Source: Minisyncoccota bacterium
GTDB lineage: Bacteria > Patescibacteriota > Minisyncoccia > Phycocordibacterales > Phycocordibacteraceae
Length of the DNA: 64,000 bases
NCBI GenBank assembly: GCA_035627595.1
Contig: DASPLK010000001.1
Location: 5,619 to 69,618 of the forward strand
Reading direction: 5' to 3'
Part shown: one piece after another, positions 48,057 through 56,986 of the stretch
Numbering within the stretch: position 1 is the stretch's first letter
Layout: the number at the start of each line of letters is the position of its first letter
Position numbers and translations under genes: made by a program
The notes under the pieces: model-generated
The model's input: the letters and a program-made list of their open reading frames with translations, nothing else
Databases searched by the model: none
Told to the model about the DNA's origin: nothing

Positions 48057-48094
48057 GGAAGGCATGGTACCAGAAAACATGCTAGTATCGCGGC

Positions 48095-48352
48095 ATGCAG
48101 CAGCAGCTAGAGAGCCAGATGGGCGTGGAAGCACTCGCGGCAGGGTTCGGACTTACTCCCGGCGTCTTTCTCGCAATCTTCCTTCTCGTGTCCGTATGGT
48201 CGCTTGCGATCAAGGGATACGCGCTCTGGCACGCTGCGCGCGAGGGTCAGCGCACGTGGTACATCGCCCTATTGGTCGTGAATACGTTTGGCATCCTTGA
48301 GCTCGCATACCTCTTGTTCTTCCGTCTTAAAGACGAGGAGGAAGAGGCATAA
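48095..48352 (+). CDS. DUF5652-like small membrane protein
   Basis: WSLAIKGYALWHAAR...NTFGILEL.YL. Confidence 0.8.
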   Translation: MQQQLESQMGVEALAAGFGLTPGVFLAIFLLVSVWSLAIKGYALWHAAREGQRTWYIALLVVNTFGILELAYLLFFRLKDEEEEA

Positions 48353-48358
48353 CACCCT

Positions 48359-48443
48359 GGAGGGGTGCGTGAGTGGTCGAAACGAGCTGTCTTGAAAACA
48401 GCCGGGCCGCAAGGTCCCGTGGGTTCGAATCCCACCCCCTCCG
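48359..48443 (+). tRNA. tRNA-Ser(TGA)
   Basis: Cloverleaf with long variable arm, anticodon loop CTTGAAA. Confidence 0.95.
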
Positions 48444-48475
48444 CCTCATTAGTGCACCCATGCTAGTGTTCCTAC

Positions 48476-48826
48476 ATGGAATCAGTGCCCACAAACGATC
48501 CGCAGAAGCGATTTGAAGAATCTCCGGAGGCGCTTCGCCCCGGAAACGTGCTTACCTACCACGCTGAGGACGGCGGGTATTTCATCTCACAGTTCGGGTG
48601 GAGAGTAGAGACCTTGCCTGAGGGCATGGAGATTAAAACGAAGAGCTTTGCGTTAGTCGTTGGTGTCGCCATGCCGGAAAGTACAGGCAAGATCGTGCGC
48701 AAGGATGGGAAAATACTTTTCATTGCGAACGACGGTTTTTCGAAAGGATTCGAGTCAAAGTTTTTCAATGGAGATGTTGTTGAGATCGTTTCGCTTCCAG
48801 ATACGCAGAACGAAACGGGTGCGTAA
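48476..48826 (+). CDS. hypothetical protein
   Basis: 116-aa ORF filling the gap after tRNA-Ser, preceded by a TGCTAGTGT -10-like element. Confidence 0.55.
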   Translation: MESVPTNDPQKRFEESPEALRPGNVLTYHAEDGGYFISQFGWRVETLPEGMEIKTKSFALVVGVAMPESTGKIVRKDGKILFIANDGFSKGFESKFFNGDVVEIVSLPDTQNETGA

Positions 48827-48865
48827 CGCACACAGCGCACCGCGCTGGTGCTATCATCTACGCAT

Positions 48866-49339
48866 ATGCCGCGACCGCCGGTCTTTGAATGGCAAGGGAG
48901 AGAATATGTATTCGAAGAGAAGAGCGCCGACTGGTACTGGGCGCTCGGCATCATTGCTATCGCTGCGATCGTTGCGTGCGTTCTATTCAATAACATTCTC
49001 CTCGGACTCGTCATCGCGGCGGCGGCAGTCGCGGTCGCGCTTAACGCGGCCAAGCATTCGCGCATCCATCGTTTCCAAATCACCGACGACGGTATAGTTG
49101 TCGATCAGAACCTCTACCCTTACAGCAACATGCTGCATTTTTCAGTTCTCGAATATCCAGACCCCACCTGGCCCCCTGCCCTTTCTATTAAGACCAAGAG
49201 TTTTCTAGTACCACATCTCCTTATACCAATTGTTGGCCCTGACCCGGAGGATGTGTACGAGTACGTACTCAATCACCTCCCGGAAGGGCGTCATGACGAG
49301 TCGATCATCGACAGCATCATCGACATGCTCCGTCTCTAA
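48866..49339 (+). CDS. two-TM protein with C-terminal PH-like soluble domain
   Basis: FEW...EY...KS.DWYW plus two TM helices; extended -10 TGCTATCAT upstream. Confidence 0.75.
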   Translation: MPRPPVFEWQGREYVFEEKSADWYWALGIIAIAAIVACVLFNNILLGLVIAAAAVAVALNAAKHSRIHRFQITDDGIVVDQNLYPYSNMLHFSVLEYPDPTWPPALSIKTKSFLVPHLLIPIVGPDPEDVYEYVLNHLPEGRHDESIIDSIIDMLRL

Positions 49340-49384
49340 CGCTTGCAGATACGCCCTTTAAACGGTACAGTCAGCAACGTTCCT

Positions 49385-49456
49385 GCTCTCGTCGTTCAAT
49401 GGATAGGACGCAACTTTGCGGAAGTTGTAATGTAGGTTCGATTCCTACCGAGAGCA
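49385..49456 (+). tRNA. tRNA-Arg(GCG)
   Basis: Stem CAACT/AGTTG, anticodon loop TTGCGGA. Confidence 0.93.
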
Positions 49457-49498
49457 CTAGATATACATGAAAAGGGACGGCCGGGCCGTCCCTTTTCG

Positions 49499-50050
49499 TT
49501 AGCGGAGCACGTGCGCGATCCTTCGTGAGAGCACAGGGATTTCCAGCGTGTCGTTTCGCACCACCCACTTATACAGAGCTGGCGAAAGCGCGAGCGTGAA
49601 TACGACGGTGCCCAACAGATGCATGAGGGTGAACGGAATCTGGCCAATCACTGCAACCATCAATGACTGCCCGAAGAAGATCGGGCCGGTCATAAGTCCC
49701 GTCACCGCGTCATAGACGAGCGTTCCTACGATACCGAACGCGAGGAAGTTCTTCGTGGAGGCCTTCCTGTTCTGGAAGAAGAGGTGCGCGCCAGCACCCA
49801 AAGCGCCGTACATGAATCCGGTGACCACCGTCCACATACCAATACCAGAGGTCACGAGATCAAAGAGCGCGATGCCGAGGAAGCCAAAAAGGAAGGAGGT
49901 GAGGAAACCGAAGCGAGTCGCAAACGGCATCATAGTCGCAAGCATCGGCTCAAAGTTCGCCGGGCGCATGGGAAGAAGGCGGATAAGGAAGACCGCCGCG
50001 AAGCCGATAATGAGCTTGAGCCAGCCGGTTTTAATAGAGATGGTCTGCAT
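49499..50050 (-). CDS. ECF transporter S-component (CbrT-like, putative cobalamin)
   Basis: About 183 aa, six hydrophobic segments, RLLP.RPANFEP motif; start set at MQTISIK. Confidence 0.75.
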   Translation of the reverse strand: MQTISIKTGWLKLIIGFAAVFLIRLLPMRPANFEPMLATMMPFATRFGFLTSFLFGFLGIALFDLVTSGIGMWTVVTGFMYGALGAGAHLFFQNRKASTKNFLAFGIVGTLVYDAVTGLMTGPIFFGQSLMVAVIGQIPFTLMHLLGTVVFTLALSPALYKWVVRNDTLEIPVLSRRIAHVLR

Positions 50051-50108
50051 AGGAATCCCATTGTAGCCGAGGAGAGCCCAAGGTCCAACCGTGGTATAAC
50101 TGCCCAAC

Positions 50109-50180
50109 GCTCTCGTCGTTCAATGGATAGGACATCTCCCTCCGAAGGAGGCAATGCAGGTTCGATTCCTGCCGGGAGCA
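50109..50180 (+). tRNA. tRNA-Arg(CCG)
   Basis: Anticodon loop CTCCGAA; first 25 nt identical to tRNA-Arg(GCG). Confidence 0.93.
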
Positions 50181-50220
50181 CTAAACTTGTGTGCTTTCCA
50201 CTACTAGGTACAATAGCCCC

Positions 50221-50339
50221 AGGCTGTCTGCCGAGAGTAGTCTCGGATTCGCATTGAGCGAATAGGAAATGGGGTTCAATTCCCCTACTGTGCCGCAACG
50301 GTAATGCCCCTTGGGACGAGTCCGGTCATCAGACAGCCT
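50221..50339 (+). ncRNA. cobalamin riboswitch
   Basis: P1 AGGCTGTCTG/CAGACAGCCT, AATAGGAAA, GGGG-TTCAATT-CCCC T-loop hairpin, ACTGTGCCGCAACGGTA core, GAGTCCG B12-box; -10 TACAAT at 50209. Confidence 0.9.
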
Positions 50340-50383
50340 ATTATTCCCGAGCAGGAGCGTGCGCTTCAATATGGATTCCACAA

Positions 50384-50409
50384 CTCTGCTCGTGCGGAGC
50401 TTTTTATTT
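50384..50409 (+). terminator. riboswitch attenuator terminator
   Basis: CTCTGC-TCGT-GCGGAG followed by CTTTTTATTT; upstream CGAGCAGGAG can pair with CTCTGCTCG as an antiterminator. Confidence 0.7.
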
Positions 50410-50415
50410 ATCTCT

Positions 50416-50937
50416 ATGACCCGACGAACTCTTCTTCTCATCGCCCCTCTTCTGATCGTGCTCGTACTTATCGCTGCCTATGCACTTAAGCCACAAGCTG
50501 AAGCACCCGCGATACCAGAACAGGCGCAGGAAAATACTGAAGTGCCGGTAGAAGCTTCTGAGAATGAAGAGCCGGCGCCGGTTGAAGATCCGGTGTTCGC
50601 AGTCGCGAAGCGTGAAGCGGCAGCTGATATGTCAGCAGCACTTGCGCCAGCAACGGCGACAATGATTGTTGAGGGCATCTCTCATCCGGTCCGAGCGCCT
50701 GAAGGCGCGACGATCGAGGAAGCGATGGCAGGACTTAGGGCCGAGGGTGTGCTTACGTACAAGCTGCGCTCATACACGGGCCTCGGCTCCTTCGTCACGG
50801 AGATAAATGGAAAGTCCGACACGAACGAGTACTATTGGATCCTCCATATAAATGGCAAGAAGTCGGCAACCGGCATCTCGCAGACGCGCATTAGCTCTGG
50901 TGACGTTGTCGAATGGAAATATGAACATAAGTATTAG
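50416..50937 (+). CDS. membrane-anchored DUF4430 (transcobalamin beta-domain-like) protein
   Basis: TM, acidic/Pro linker, GLGSFVTEING...YWILHINGK....G......GD.VEWKY. Confidence 0.85.
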   Translation: MTRRTLLLIAPLLIVLVLIAAYALKPQAEAPAIPEQAQENTEVPVEASENEEPAPVEDPVFAVAKREAAADMSAALAPATATMIVEGISHPVRAPEGATIEEAMAGLRAEGVLTYKLRSYTGLGSFVTEINGKSDTNEYYWILHINGKKSATGISQTRISSGDVVEWKYEHKY

Positions 50938-50941
50938 AGCT

Positions 50942-53230
50942 ATGCGCGTACCCGTTACCCTTCTTGTTACCCTTTCACTTTTAGTAAGTTCCCTGCCGCT
51001 TCACGCGCTTGCGGAAGATCTTCCGGTTGAGCCGGCACAAATCGTCGAGCCGACCGCCGTTCCTCAGGAACCCGCGCCTGAGGTGGCTATGCCGGTAGAA
51101 CCGGTACCCACCGCTCCGATTGAAGCACCGGTAGAGATCCCTGTTCCTGTAATCGAGGAGCCGATTGTTGTAATGCCGCAGATGCAGTTGATGACCGCTG
51201 CAGCAGAGCCACTTGAGACGGAGCCAGTGCATTTTGACCTGACCGGCTCTATCGAACTCTCCAACGGCTGCGTCATTACGGATGAGTCTGGTACAGAACA
51301 CGTCTTTCCTACTGCGACGACAACTGAATACCTGGCGGTGTGTGCGCTTGTTGAGGCAGTAGAGGAAGGAGTCATATCTGAAGTCTCCGTCACTGACGCG
51401 AGCTTCGGCCTCTATGTATCAAGCATCAATGGTGTTGCCGCGGGTGCTAATGAGTACTGGTCGCTCTGGGTTAACGGAGGGTACGGCAATTGCGGCATAA
51501 GCTGCCAGACGCTTTCCGCAGGCGACACTATTATCCTCATCCGTACGCACTCTGTCCCCGATGAAAGTGACCCGAACATATATGTAGAGACCCAGCTGGA
51601 TCGACTTGAAATTAATGTCGACGCGCTTGTCGAGACGTATGACAACATACTTGTTCCTGATAGCTGCTCAGTCATAGACACAGTCGGTGTAACTCACGAT
51701 TTCCCTGTTGTGAGCGATTTGCTTGGCGTGTGCGCACTTGTCGCCGCAACCGCAGAAAGCCACATCACTGGCTACGAGCTCAAGAACGAAACATTCGGTC
51801 TATATGTGACCAGCGTTAACGCTATTGCCGCGGGCACCAACGAATACTGGTCCCTTTGGATCAATGATGGGTACGCGAATTGCGGTGTTAGCTGCCAAAC
51901 ACTTTCTTTGGGTGACCGCATGGCGCTCATTCGTACGGCGTACGATCCAGTTACGTATGCTGAGACGCAGCTCGAGCGCGTTGAGTTCCGCGTTATCGGC
52001 TCAGTACATGTGGAAGCCAATGAAGAAGATCCAGGCACCGGAGGCACGGGCGGTAGCGGCGAAGAGAATGAGGATGGCGCATTTGATGTGGCACGAGCAT
52101 TCTCATACCTAGCAGGCCTACAAGAAGAGGATGGTTCTATCGAGAATGACCTTGTAACTGACTGGGCTGCAATTGCCTTCTCAGTTTCAGGAGCACCAGC
52201 TTCTGCCAAATCACTCCTAAAGCAGTACTTGAAGGAGGAAGAGACTGACCTTGATACACCTTCCGATTACATACGCCACGCGATGGCAATGCTCGCACTC
52301 AACCTGAATCCGTATTCGGCAGGTCCCGAGGACTACATCACTCCGGTCGTTGAATCGTTCGATGGTACACAGCTCGGAGAGGATCGGTACATCAACGACG
52401 ATGTGTTTGCGCTCTTTCCGCTTACGCACGCCGGGTACGATGAGGACGACGAAATCATCCAGAAGACTGTCGCATTCCTTATAAGCCAGCAGGGATCTAA
52501 CGGCTCATGGGAAGGTATCGACCTTACTGCAGCTGCCATTCAAGCGCTCGTACCGCTCTCCTCGCTTCCAGGCGTCCCCGACGCGCTTACGCGTGCGGAG
52601 GCATATCTCAGAGCTAGCCAGGAGAGCGATGGTGGGTTTGGCGATCCATTTGCCACCCCATGGGTCATCCAGGCCATAGAGGCACTTGGAGACTCCCCAG
52701 AATCCTGGGAAGTTAACGGCAATACGCCACTTAGCTATCTGGCATCGATTCAGAATGGAGATGGAAGCGTAACGACTGCCTCCGGCACGGTAAATGATGC
52801 CGCATGGGCTACTGCATACGCGATCGCAGCCGCTAAGGGCGACACTTGGCATGATCTTCTAGACGACGTGAATAGACAGGAGCCTACGGTAGGCGATGAT
52901 GACGATAATAGCGGCAGCAACTCCTCAGATGAGGAAGATTCTGAAGGCGAGGTGCTCGGCACGACGGATGAGATAACTCCCGAGCCACTTACCCCTTCGT
53001 TCACCTTCGAGACTCCTATAGAGGCGCCGGCGCGCACTGTAGCGAAGGCGGCTACTGCTCCCGTGCCAGCAACAGAGGAATCTCTTGTTGAGGAGGAAAC
53101 CGACAATGAGGTTGCTGCGCCTACGCAAACAGCAAGCACCGCAGACGCACCAGGCGGCTCTTGGCTCATGCAAACGCTCGGCTCCTTATGGAGCGGATTC
53201 GTAAACTTCTTGAAGAGCTTGTTCTCCTAA
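50942..53230 (+). CDS. secreted protein with two DUF4430 domains and a prenyltransferase-like alpha/alpha barrel (transcobalamin-like)
   Basis: Two repeats of FGLYV.S.N..A.G.NEYWSLW.N.GY.NCG, plus QW-like repeats (YLAGLQEEDGS, FLISQQGSNGSW, YLRASQESDGGF, YLASIQNGDGS); start could also be 50921. Confidence 0.82.
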   Translation: MRVPVTLLVTLSLLVSSLPLHALAEDLPVEPAQIVEPTAVPQEPAPEVAMPVEPVPTAPIEAPVEIPVPVIEEPIVVMPQMQLMTAAAEPLETEPVHFDLTGSIELSNGCVITDESGTEHVFPTATTTEYLAVCALVEAVEEGVISEVSVTDASFGLYVSSINGVAAGANEYWSLWVNGGYGNCGISCQTLSAGDTIILIRTHSVPDESDPNIYVETQLDRLEINVDALVETYDNILVPDSCSVIDTVGVTHDFPVVSDLLGVCALVAATAESHITGYELKNETFGLYVTSVNAIAAGTNEYWSLWINDGYANCGVSCQTLSLGDRMALIRTAYDPVTYAETQLERVEFRVIGSVHVEANEEDPGTGGTGGSGEENEDGAFDVARAFSYLAGLQEEDGSIENDLVTDWAAIAFSVSGAPASAKSLLKQYLKEEETDLDTPSDYIRHAMAMLALNLNPYSAGPEDYITPVVESFDGTQLGEDRYINDDVFALFPLTHAGYDEDDEIIQKTVAFLISQQGSNGSWEGIDLTAAAIQALVPLSSLPGVPDALTRAEAYLRASQESDGGFGDPFATPWVIQAIEALGDSPESWEVNGNTPLSYLASIQNGDGSVTTASGTVNDAAWATAYAIAAAKGDTWHDLLDDVNRQEPTVGDDDDNSGSNSSDEEDSEGEVLGTTDEITPEPLTPSFTFETPIEAPARTVAKAATAPVPATEESLVEEETDNEVAAPTQTASTADAPGGSWLMQTLGSLWSGFVNFLKSLFS

Positions 53231-53273
53231 ACGAAAAGCGGCCCGGATATCCGGGCCGCTTTTCGTTTAGGAG
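53224..53273. terminator. perfect 50-bp palindrome, bidirectional terminator
   Basis: CTCCTAAACGAAAAGCGGCCCGGAT|ATCCGGGCCGCTTTTCGTTTAGGAG between convergent genes. Confidence 0.85.
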
Positions 53274-53275
53274 CG

Positions 53276-53542
53276 TTAGGCTGAGACGCGAGCGATCGAT
53301 CTCGCGAGGCGCGACTTCTTCCTGGATGCAGTGTTCTTCTTGATGATGCCGCGCTTTGCTGCCTTATCAATAGCCTTGTAGGCAGCGGAGAGCGAAGTAG
53401 AAGCTGTCTTGGTATCGCCTGCAGTTACGGCCTTCTTCACGACCTTGGTGGTCGCGGTGAGAACGCGCTTGCGGCGCAGGTTGAAGACGTGCTTCTTGAG
53501 GGAAGCGCGGTGGGCCTTCTTAGCTGATTTGGTGATTGCCAT
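53276..53542 (-). CDS. rpsT: 30S ribosomal protein bS20
   Basis: KSAKKAHR, IDKAAKRGIIKKNTASRKKSRL. Confidence 0.97.
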   Translation of the reverse strand: MAITKSAKKAHRASLKKHVFNLRRKRVLTATTKVVKKAVTAGDTKTASTSLSAAYKAIDKAAKRGIIKKNTASRKKSRLARSIARVSA

Positions 53543-53612
53543 ATGTAGCAGAATCCTACGCTAGAGCGCCCATATACGCAAGTTTTAGGGCTAAAAGTGG
53601 TACGATACCCCT

Positions 53613-54167
53613 ATGATTCGCCAGGTGACCGGTACCGTGCTCGAAGTAGAGGGCGCATGCGTCATCATCGACGTCGCCGGATTCGGCATCTCCCTTCGAG
53701 TTCCAGGTACCGAGTCCTTTACCCCCGGACAGCAGGTGACCCTGAAGACCCATATGGCCGTGAAGCAGGATGGCATCGAGCTCTACGGCTTCTCTGACCC
53801 TAAAGATCTCGCATTCTTTGAGCTTTGCCTTACGGTTCCTGGCGTTGGACCCAAGACTGCGCTCTCTTTTCTTGTACGCTCGCCGCGCGAAGCCTTGGAA
53901 GCGGCGATCGGACGCCGCGATCTCTCATACCTTACAAGGGTTGTTGGGCTTGGAAAGAAGGCTGCGGAAAAATTGATGGTCGAGCTTTCAGAAAAGATGG
54001 GTGTTGGTGAGGGAGAGCACCAGGGTGACGATGCTGAGGTGTTCGACACTCTGGTCGCGCTTGGGTATACAGATCGCGAGGCCAGAAAGGCGCTAGCCGC
54101 AGTTCCGCTCCATGTGACCGGGCGCGATGCGCGGCTGAAAGCAGCGCTTTCACAGGGACCCTCCTAA
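53613..54167 (+). CDS. ruvA: Holliday junction branch migration protein RuvA
   Basis: LYGF, VPGVGPKTAL, GLGKKAAEKLMVEL, LVALGY. Confidence 0.96.
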   Translation: MIRQVTGTVLEVEGACVIIDVAGFGISLRVPGTESFTPGQQVTLKTHMAVKQDGIELYGFSDPKDLAFFELCLTVPGVGPKTALSFLVRSPREALEAAIGRRDLSYLTRVVGLGKKAAEKLMVELSEKMGVGEGEHQGDDAEVFDTLVALGYTDREARKALAAVPLHVTGRDARLKAALSQGPS

Positions 54168-54169
54168 CC

Positions 54170-55429
54170 ATGCAGGCACTTCGCTCAATTCTGCAGCGCA
54201 TACTTCCCCGCTCCTTGTACCGAGCGCTTCTTCGCCCATATCATCTTCTCTTTGCATTTCTTGCCGCCCTTCGTTATGGCTTTCCAGCAAAGGACATGAC
54301 CGTCATTGCGGTCACCGGCACAAAGGGCAAATCCTCCGTTACAGAGATGCTCTTCCATGTACTTAGCTATGCCGGCCTTCCCGCAGCGGTCGCAGGAACC
54401 ATCAGCTTCAAGATTCTCAATGAGGAGAAGCCGAACCTATTCAAAATGACCATGCCGGGGCGCGGATTCATTCAACGCTTTCTACGCGAGGCGTCTGATA
54501 AGGGAGCGAAGTATGCAGTCATTGAGGTTACCTCAGAAGCAACACTGCAGTTTCGCCACTACTTCCTTTCCTTAGACGCGCTTATATTTACGAACCTCCA
54601 GAAGGAGCACATCGAGTCGCATGGATCATTTGAGAACTACGCGCGCGCGAAACTCTCAATCGGCACCGCGCTCGCGCGCTCCGTGAAGCGTCCGCGCGCC
54701 ATTATTGCCAACGCCGACACAGTGCACAGCGAACCGTATCTTGAGCTTCCGGTCGAGGAGAAGCTCCCCTTCTCATACATAGATGCGTACGATGTTGAGC
54801 TTGGTCCCGGCACCGCCACGTTCTCATACAAAGACGCGCGCTTCACCCTCCAGCTCCCGGGCGGATTTAGCATCATGAACGCGCTTGCAGTCATCAAGGC
54901 CGCTGAATTCCTTGGCGTACCACTTCCGAAAATTGCTGAGGCGCTTTCTGATTTAAAGCGCATACCCGGACGCACCGAGCGTATTGATGTCGGACAGGAC
55001 TTCCAAGTCGTCGTCGATTACGCGCACACGCCTGACTCCTTGGAAGCCTTGTATGGCGCGTATCCAAATAGGAAAATCTGCGTACTCGGAAACACAGGCG
55101 GTGGGCGTGACACATGGAAGCGCCCTTCCATGGGTGCGATCGCGGACAAAGCATGCGACATCGTTATCCTTACGGACGAAGATCCATATGACGAGGACCC
55201 AATGAAGATCGTGCATGAGATGGCAAAGGGCATGGAGCGTACGCCGAAGATAATCATGGACCGCAGGGAGGCTATACGCGCCGCGATAGCAGAAGCGAGC
55301 ACCGGTGACTCCGTTCTCATCACCGGCAAAGGTACTGATCCGTACATCATGCGTGCAAACGGCCAGAAGGAGCCTTGGAGTGATGCACAGGTAGTTCGTG
55401 AGGAACTAGCGAAGCTCTTAGGTAAATAG
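54170..55429 (+). CDS. murE: Mur ligase, MurE-like
   Basis: VTGTKGKSS, VDYAHTPDSL, GGGRD..KRP.MG, LITGKG. Confidence 0.9.
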   Translation: MQALRSILQRILPRSLYRALLRPYHLLFAFLAALRYGFPAKDMTVIAVTGTKGKSSVTEMLFHVLSYAGLPAAVAGTISFKILNEEKPNLFKMTMPGRGFIQRFLREASDKGAKYAVIEVTSEATLQFRHYFLSLDALIFTNLQKEHIESHGSFENYARAKLSIGTALARSVKRPRAIIANADTVHSEPYLELPVEEKLPFSYIDAYDVELGPGTATFSYKDARFTLQLPGGFSIMNALAVIKAAEFLGVPLPKIAEALSDLKRIPGRTERIDVGQDFQVVVDYAHTPDSLEALYGAYPNRKICVLGNTGGGRDTWKRPSMGAIADKACDIVILTDEDPYDEDPMKIVHEMAKGMERTPKIIMDRREAIRAAIAEASTGDSVLITGKGTDPYIMRANGQKEPWSDAQVVREELAKLLGK

Positions 55430-55445
55430 TTGCTATCATAGAGGT

Positions 55446-56426
55446 ATGAAGGCCGACGCCCTCTTCTTCCTCGCGATATTCGTATTCATATTCGTCGCCT
55501 GGGTATCTACTGGTGGCCCGAAGCGCCCGATCTCTTTTGCAGGCCCTTTCATCACACCGGTCACTAATACTGGCCAGGAGCAAGAGGGGTACGGCAGCTG
55601 GCGCGCTGCGCTTGAAGGCGAAGATAATTGGTGGAATGGAGCATGGTCGGGGTTTGTGGATCACAATCCCCGTGAGTCGAGCATCGGGCAAGCACAAGAG
55701 GACCTCGCCGATGCGCAGCGCGCGCTCCAGGAGGCGCGCCTCTTTGGCCCGGCGTCTGTATATAAGGACATTGTGACGCTTTCGGCGAACACTGGCGCGC
55801 TTGCTGCGGATGATCCGGACGAGGAGTACCTCACCATTTCGGTCTCCGGACGCGCAGAGGGCCCGATCTCTATGAGTGGGTGGCGCCTCGTTTCTGTGCG
55901 CACGAAAGAATCCGCCACACTCCCCTCTGCGGTGTCCGTCTTTAGGTCCGGTAGCGTAAACCAGACCACGCCGCTTGCGCTTTCTCCAGGGGAGCGCGCG
56001 ATCGTCTCTACTGGTCGTTCTCCTGTCGGCGCCTCGTTTAGAGAAAACAGCTGTTCTGGATATCTCTCCGCGCGCCAGGATTTCGTACCAGAACTAGCTA
56101 AGAGCTGCCCTTCCCCTATGGACGACTTCGAGCGCTTCTATAGTGGCAGCGCGAGCGACTACCAGGCGTGTAAGACAGCAGTACAGAACGGCACCCGGTG
56201 CGAGCGGCCAAGCCAGGGAGGCGCCTCGAACGCCTGCGACAATTTCATACGCGAACACTATAGTTATAACGGCTGTGTTACTTACCATGCGTCTGACCGC
56301 AATTTCTTCGGGAGTACCTGGCGTCTGTATCTCGGTGAGAGCCGCGACGACCTCTGGCCGACCCGCAACGAGACCATCAAACTTCTCGATGCGGCCGGCA
56401 ATACAGTCGACATCGTGACGTACTAG
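55446..56426 (+). CDS. membrane-anchored cysteine-rich protein with lamin-tail-like domain
   Basis: N-terminal TM, EYLTI...ISMSGWRL, several Cys, ETIKLLDAAGNTVD end. Confidence 0.65.
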   Translation: MKADALFFLAIFVFIFVAWVSTGGPKRPISFAGPFITPVTNTGQEQEGYGSWRAALEGEDNWWNGAWSGFVDHNPRESSIGQAQEDLADAQRALQEARLFGPASVYKDIVTLSANTGALAADDPDEEYLTISVSGRAEGPISMSGWRLVSVRTKESATLPSAVSVFRSGSVNQTTPLALSPGERAIVSTGRSPVGASFRENSCSGYLSARQDFVPELAKSCPSPMDDFERFYSGSASDYQACKTAVQNGTRCERPSQGGASNACDNFIREHYSYNGCVTYHASDRNFFGSTWRLYLGESRDDLWPTRNETIKLLDAAGNTVDIVTY

Positions 56427-56453
56427 GAAAGCGATGGTACGGTATCTCGGTAT

Positions 56454-56526
56454 CCGCCTATAGCTCAGTTGGTAGAGCAGCTCCCTTTTAAGGAGACGGT
56501 CCCTGGTTCGAGTCCAGGTGGGCGGA
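56454..56526 (+). tRNA. tRNA-Lys(TTT)
   Basis: Cloverleaf, anticodon loop CTTTTAA. Confidence 0.95.
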
Positions 56527-56578
56527 CAAGGTATAACGCAAAAGCCGGAAGACATGCTTCCGGCTTTTGCTATTTCTC

Positions 56579-56830
56579 TTACGAAACTTGTTCGCTCGCG
56601 CGCAGATGCGCCGGCAGCCAGTCCATTACTCGCTTGCGGTGTATGTCGAGCGTCCACTCATTTCCCCCAACGAAGAGTTGTGGGTACTTCTTGCTGAACG
56701 TATTGAGAAGCGACGTCGAAGCACGCGGAAACTGCTCAGGGAGACCATCGTTGTACATGCGCAAGAACTCAGCTTGGCTAAGCTTTCGTTCGCTGCGCTC
56801 CCTATCGAGATCTGGACCGCGCATAAGCAT
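56579..56830 (-). CDS. hypothetical protein
   Basis: 83-aa ORF coupled by TAATG overlap to the upstream peptide. Confidence 0.65.
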   Translation of the reverse strand: MLMRGPDLDRERSERKLSQAEFLRMYNDGLPEQFPRASTSLLNTFSKKYPQLFVGGNEWTLDIHRKRVMDWLPAHLRASEQVS

Positions 56831-56931
56831 TAGCGGCCCAGGAGCGCAGCCTTTGCCGCAAGACGCTTTTTCGTCTTGTGTGGGCGCTTCCTGATTTTGA
56901 GTGGGCTTACGCCCTGCTTCTTCTTAACCAT
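56830..56931 (-). CDS. 33-aa highly basic microprotein
   Basis: MVKKKQGVSPLKIRKRPHKTKKRLAAKAALLGR*, below the ORF-track cutoff; stop overlaps the next ATG. Confidence 0.6.
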   Translation of the reverse strand: MVKKKQGVSPLKIRKRPHKTKKRLAAKAALLGR

Positions 56932-56986
56932 GTCGTTTCGCTATGAATGTAATAAACGGTAAGAGCGCCAAGCGGCGCTCAATACC

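Noticed and set aside
49385-50180. Integrated element with att sites at tRNA-Arg
   Set aside because: Both copies are complete tRNAs with different anticodons, the identity is at the 5' end, and no integrase is present
50311-50415. N-terminal extension of the DUF4430 gene
   Set aside because: It overlaps the riboswitch and attenuator; the start is better placed at ATG 50416
50942-53230. Squalene-hopene cyclase or prenyltransferase enzyme
   Set aside because: Secreted, single barrel, no DXDD motif, fused to DUF4430 and placed under a B12 riboswitch
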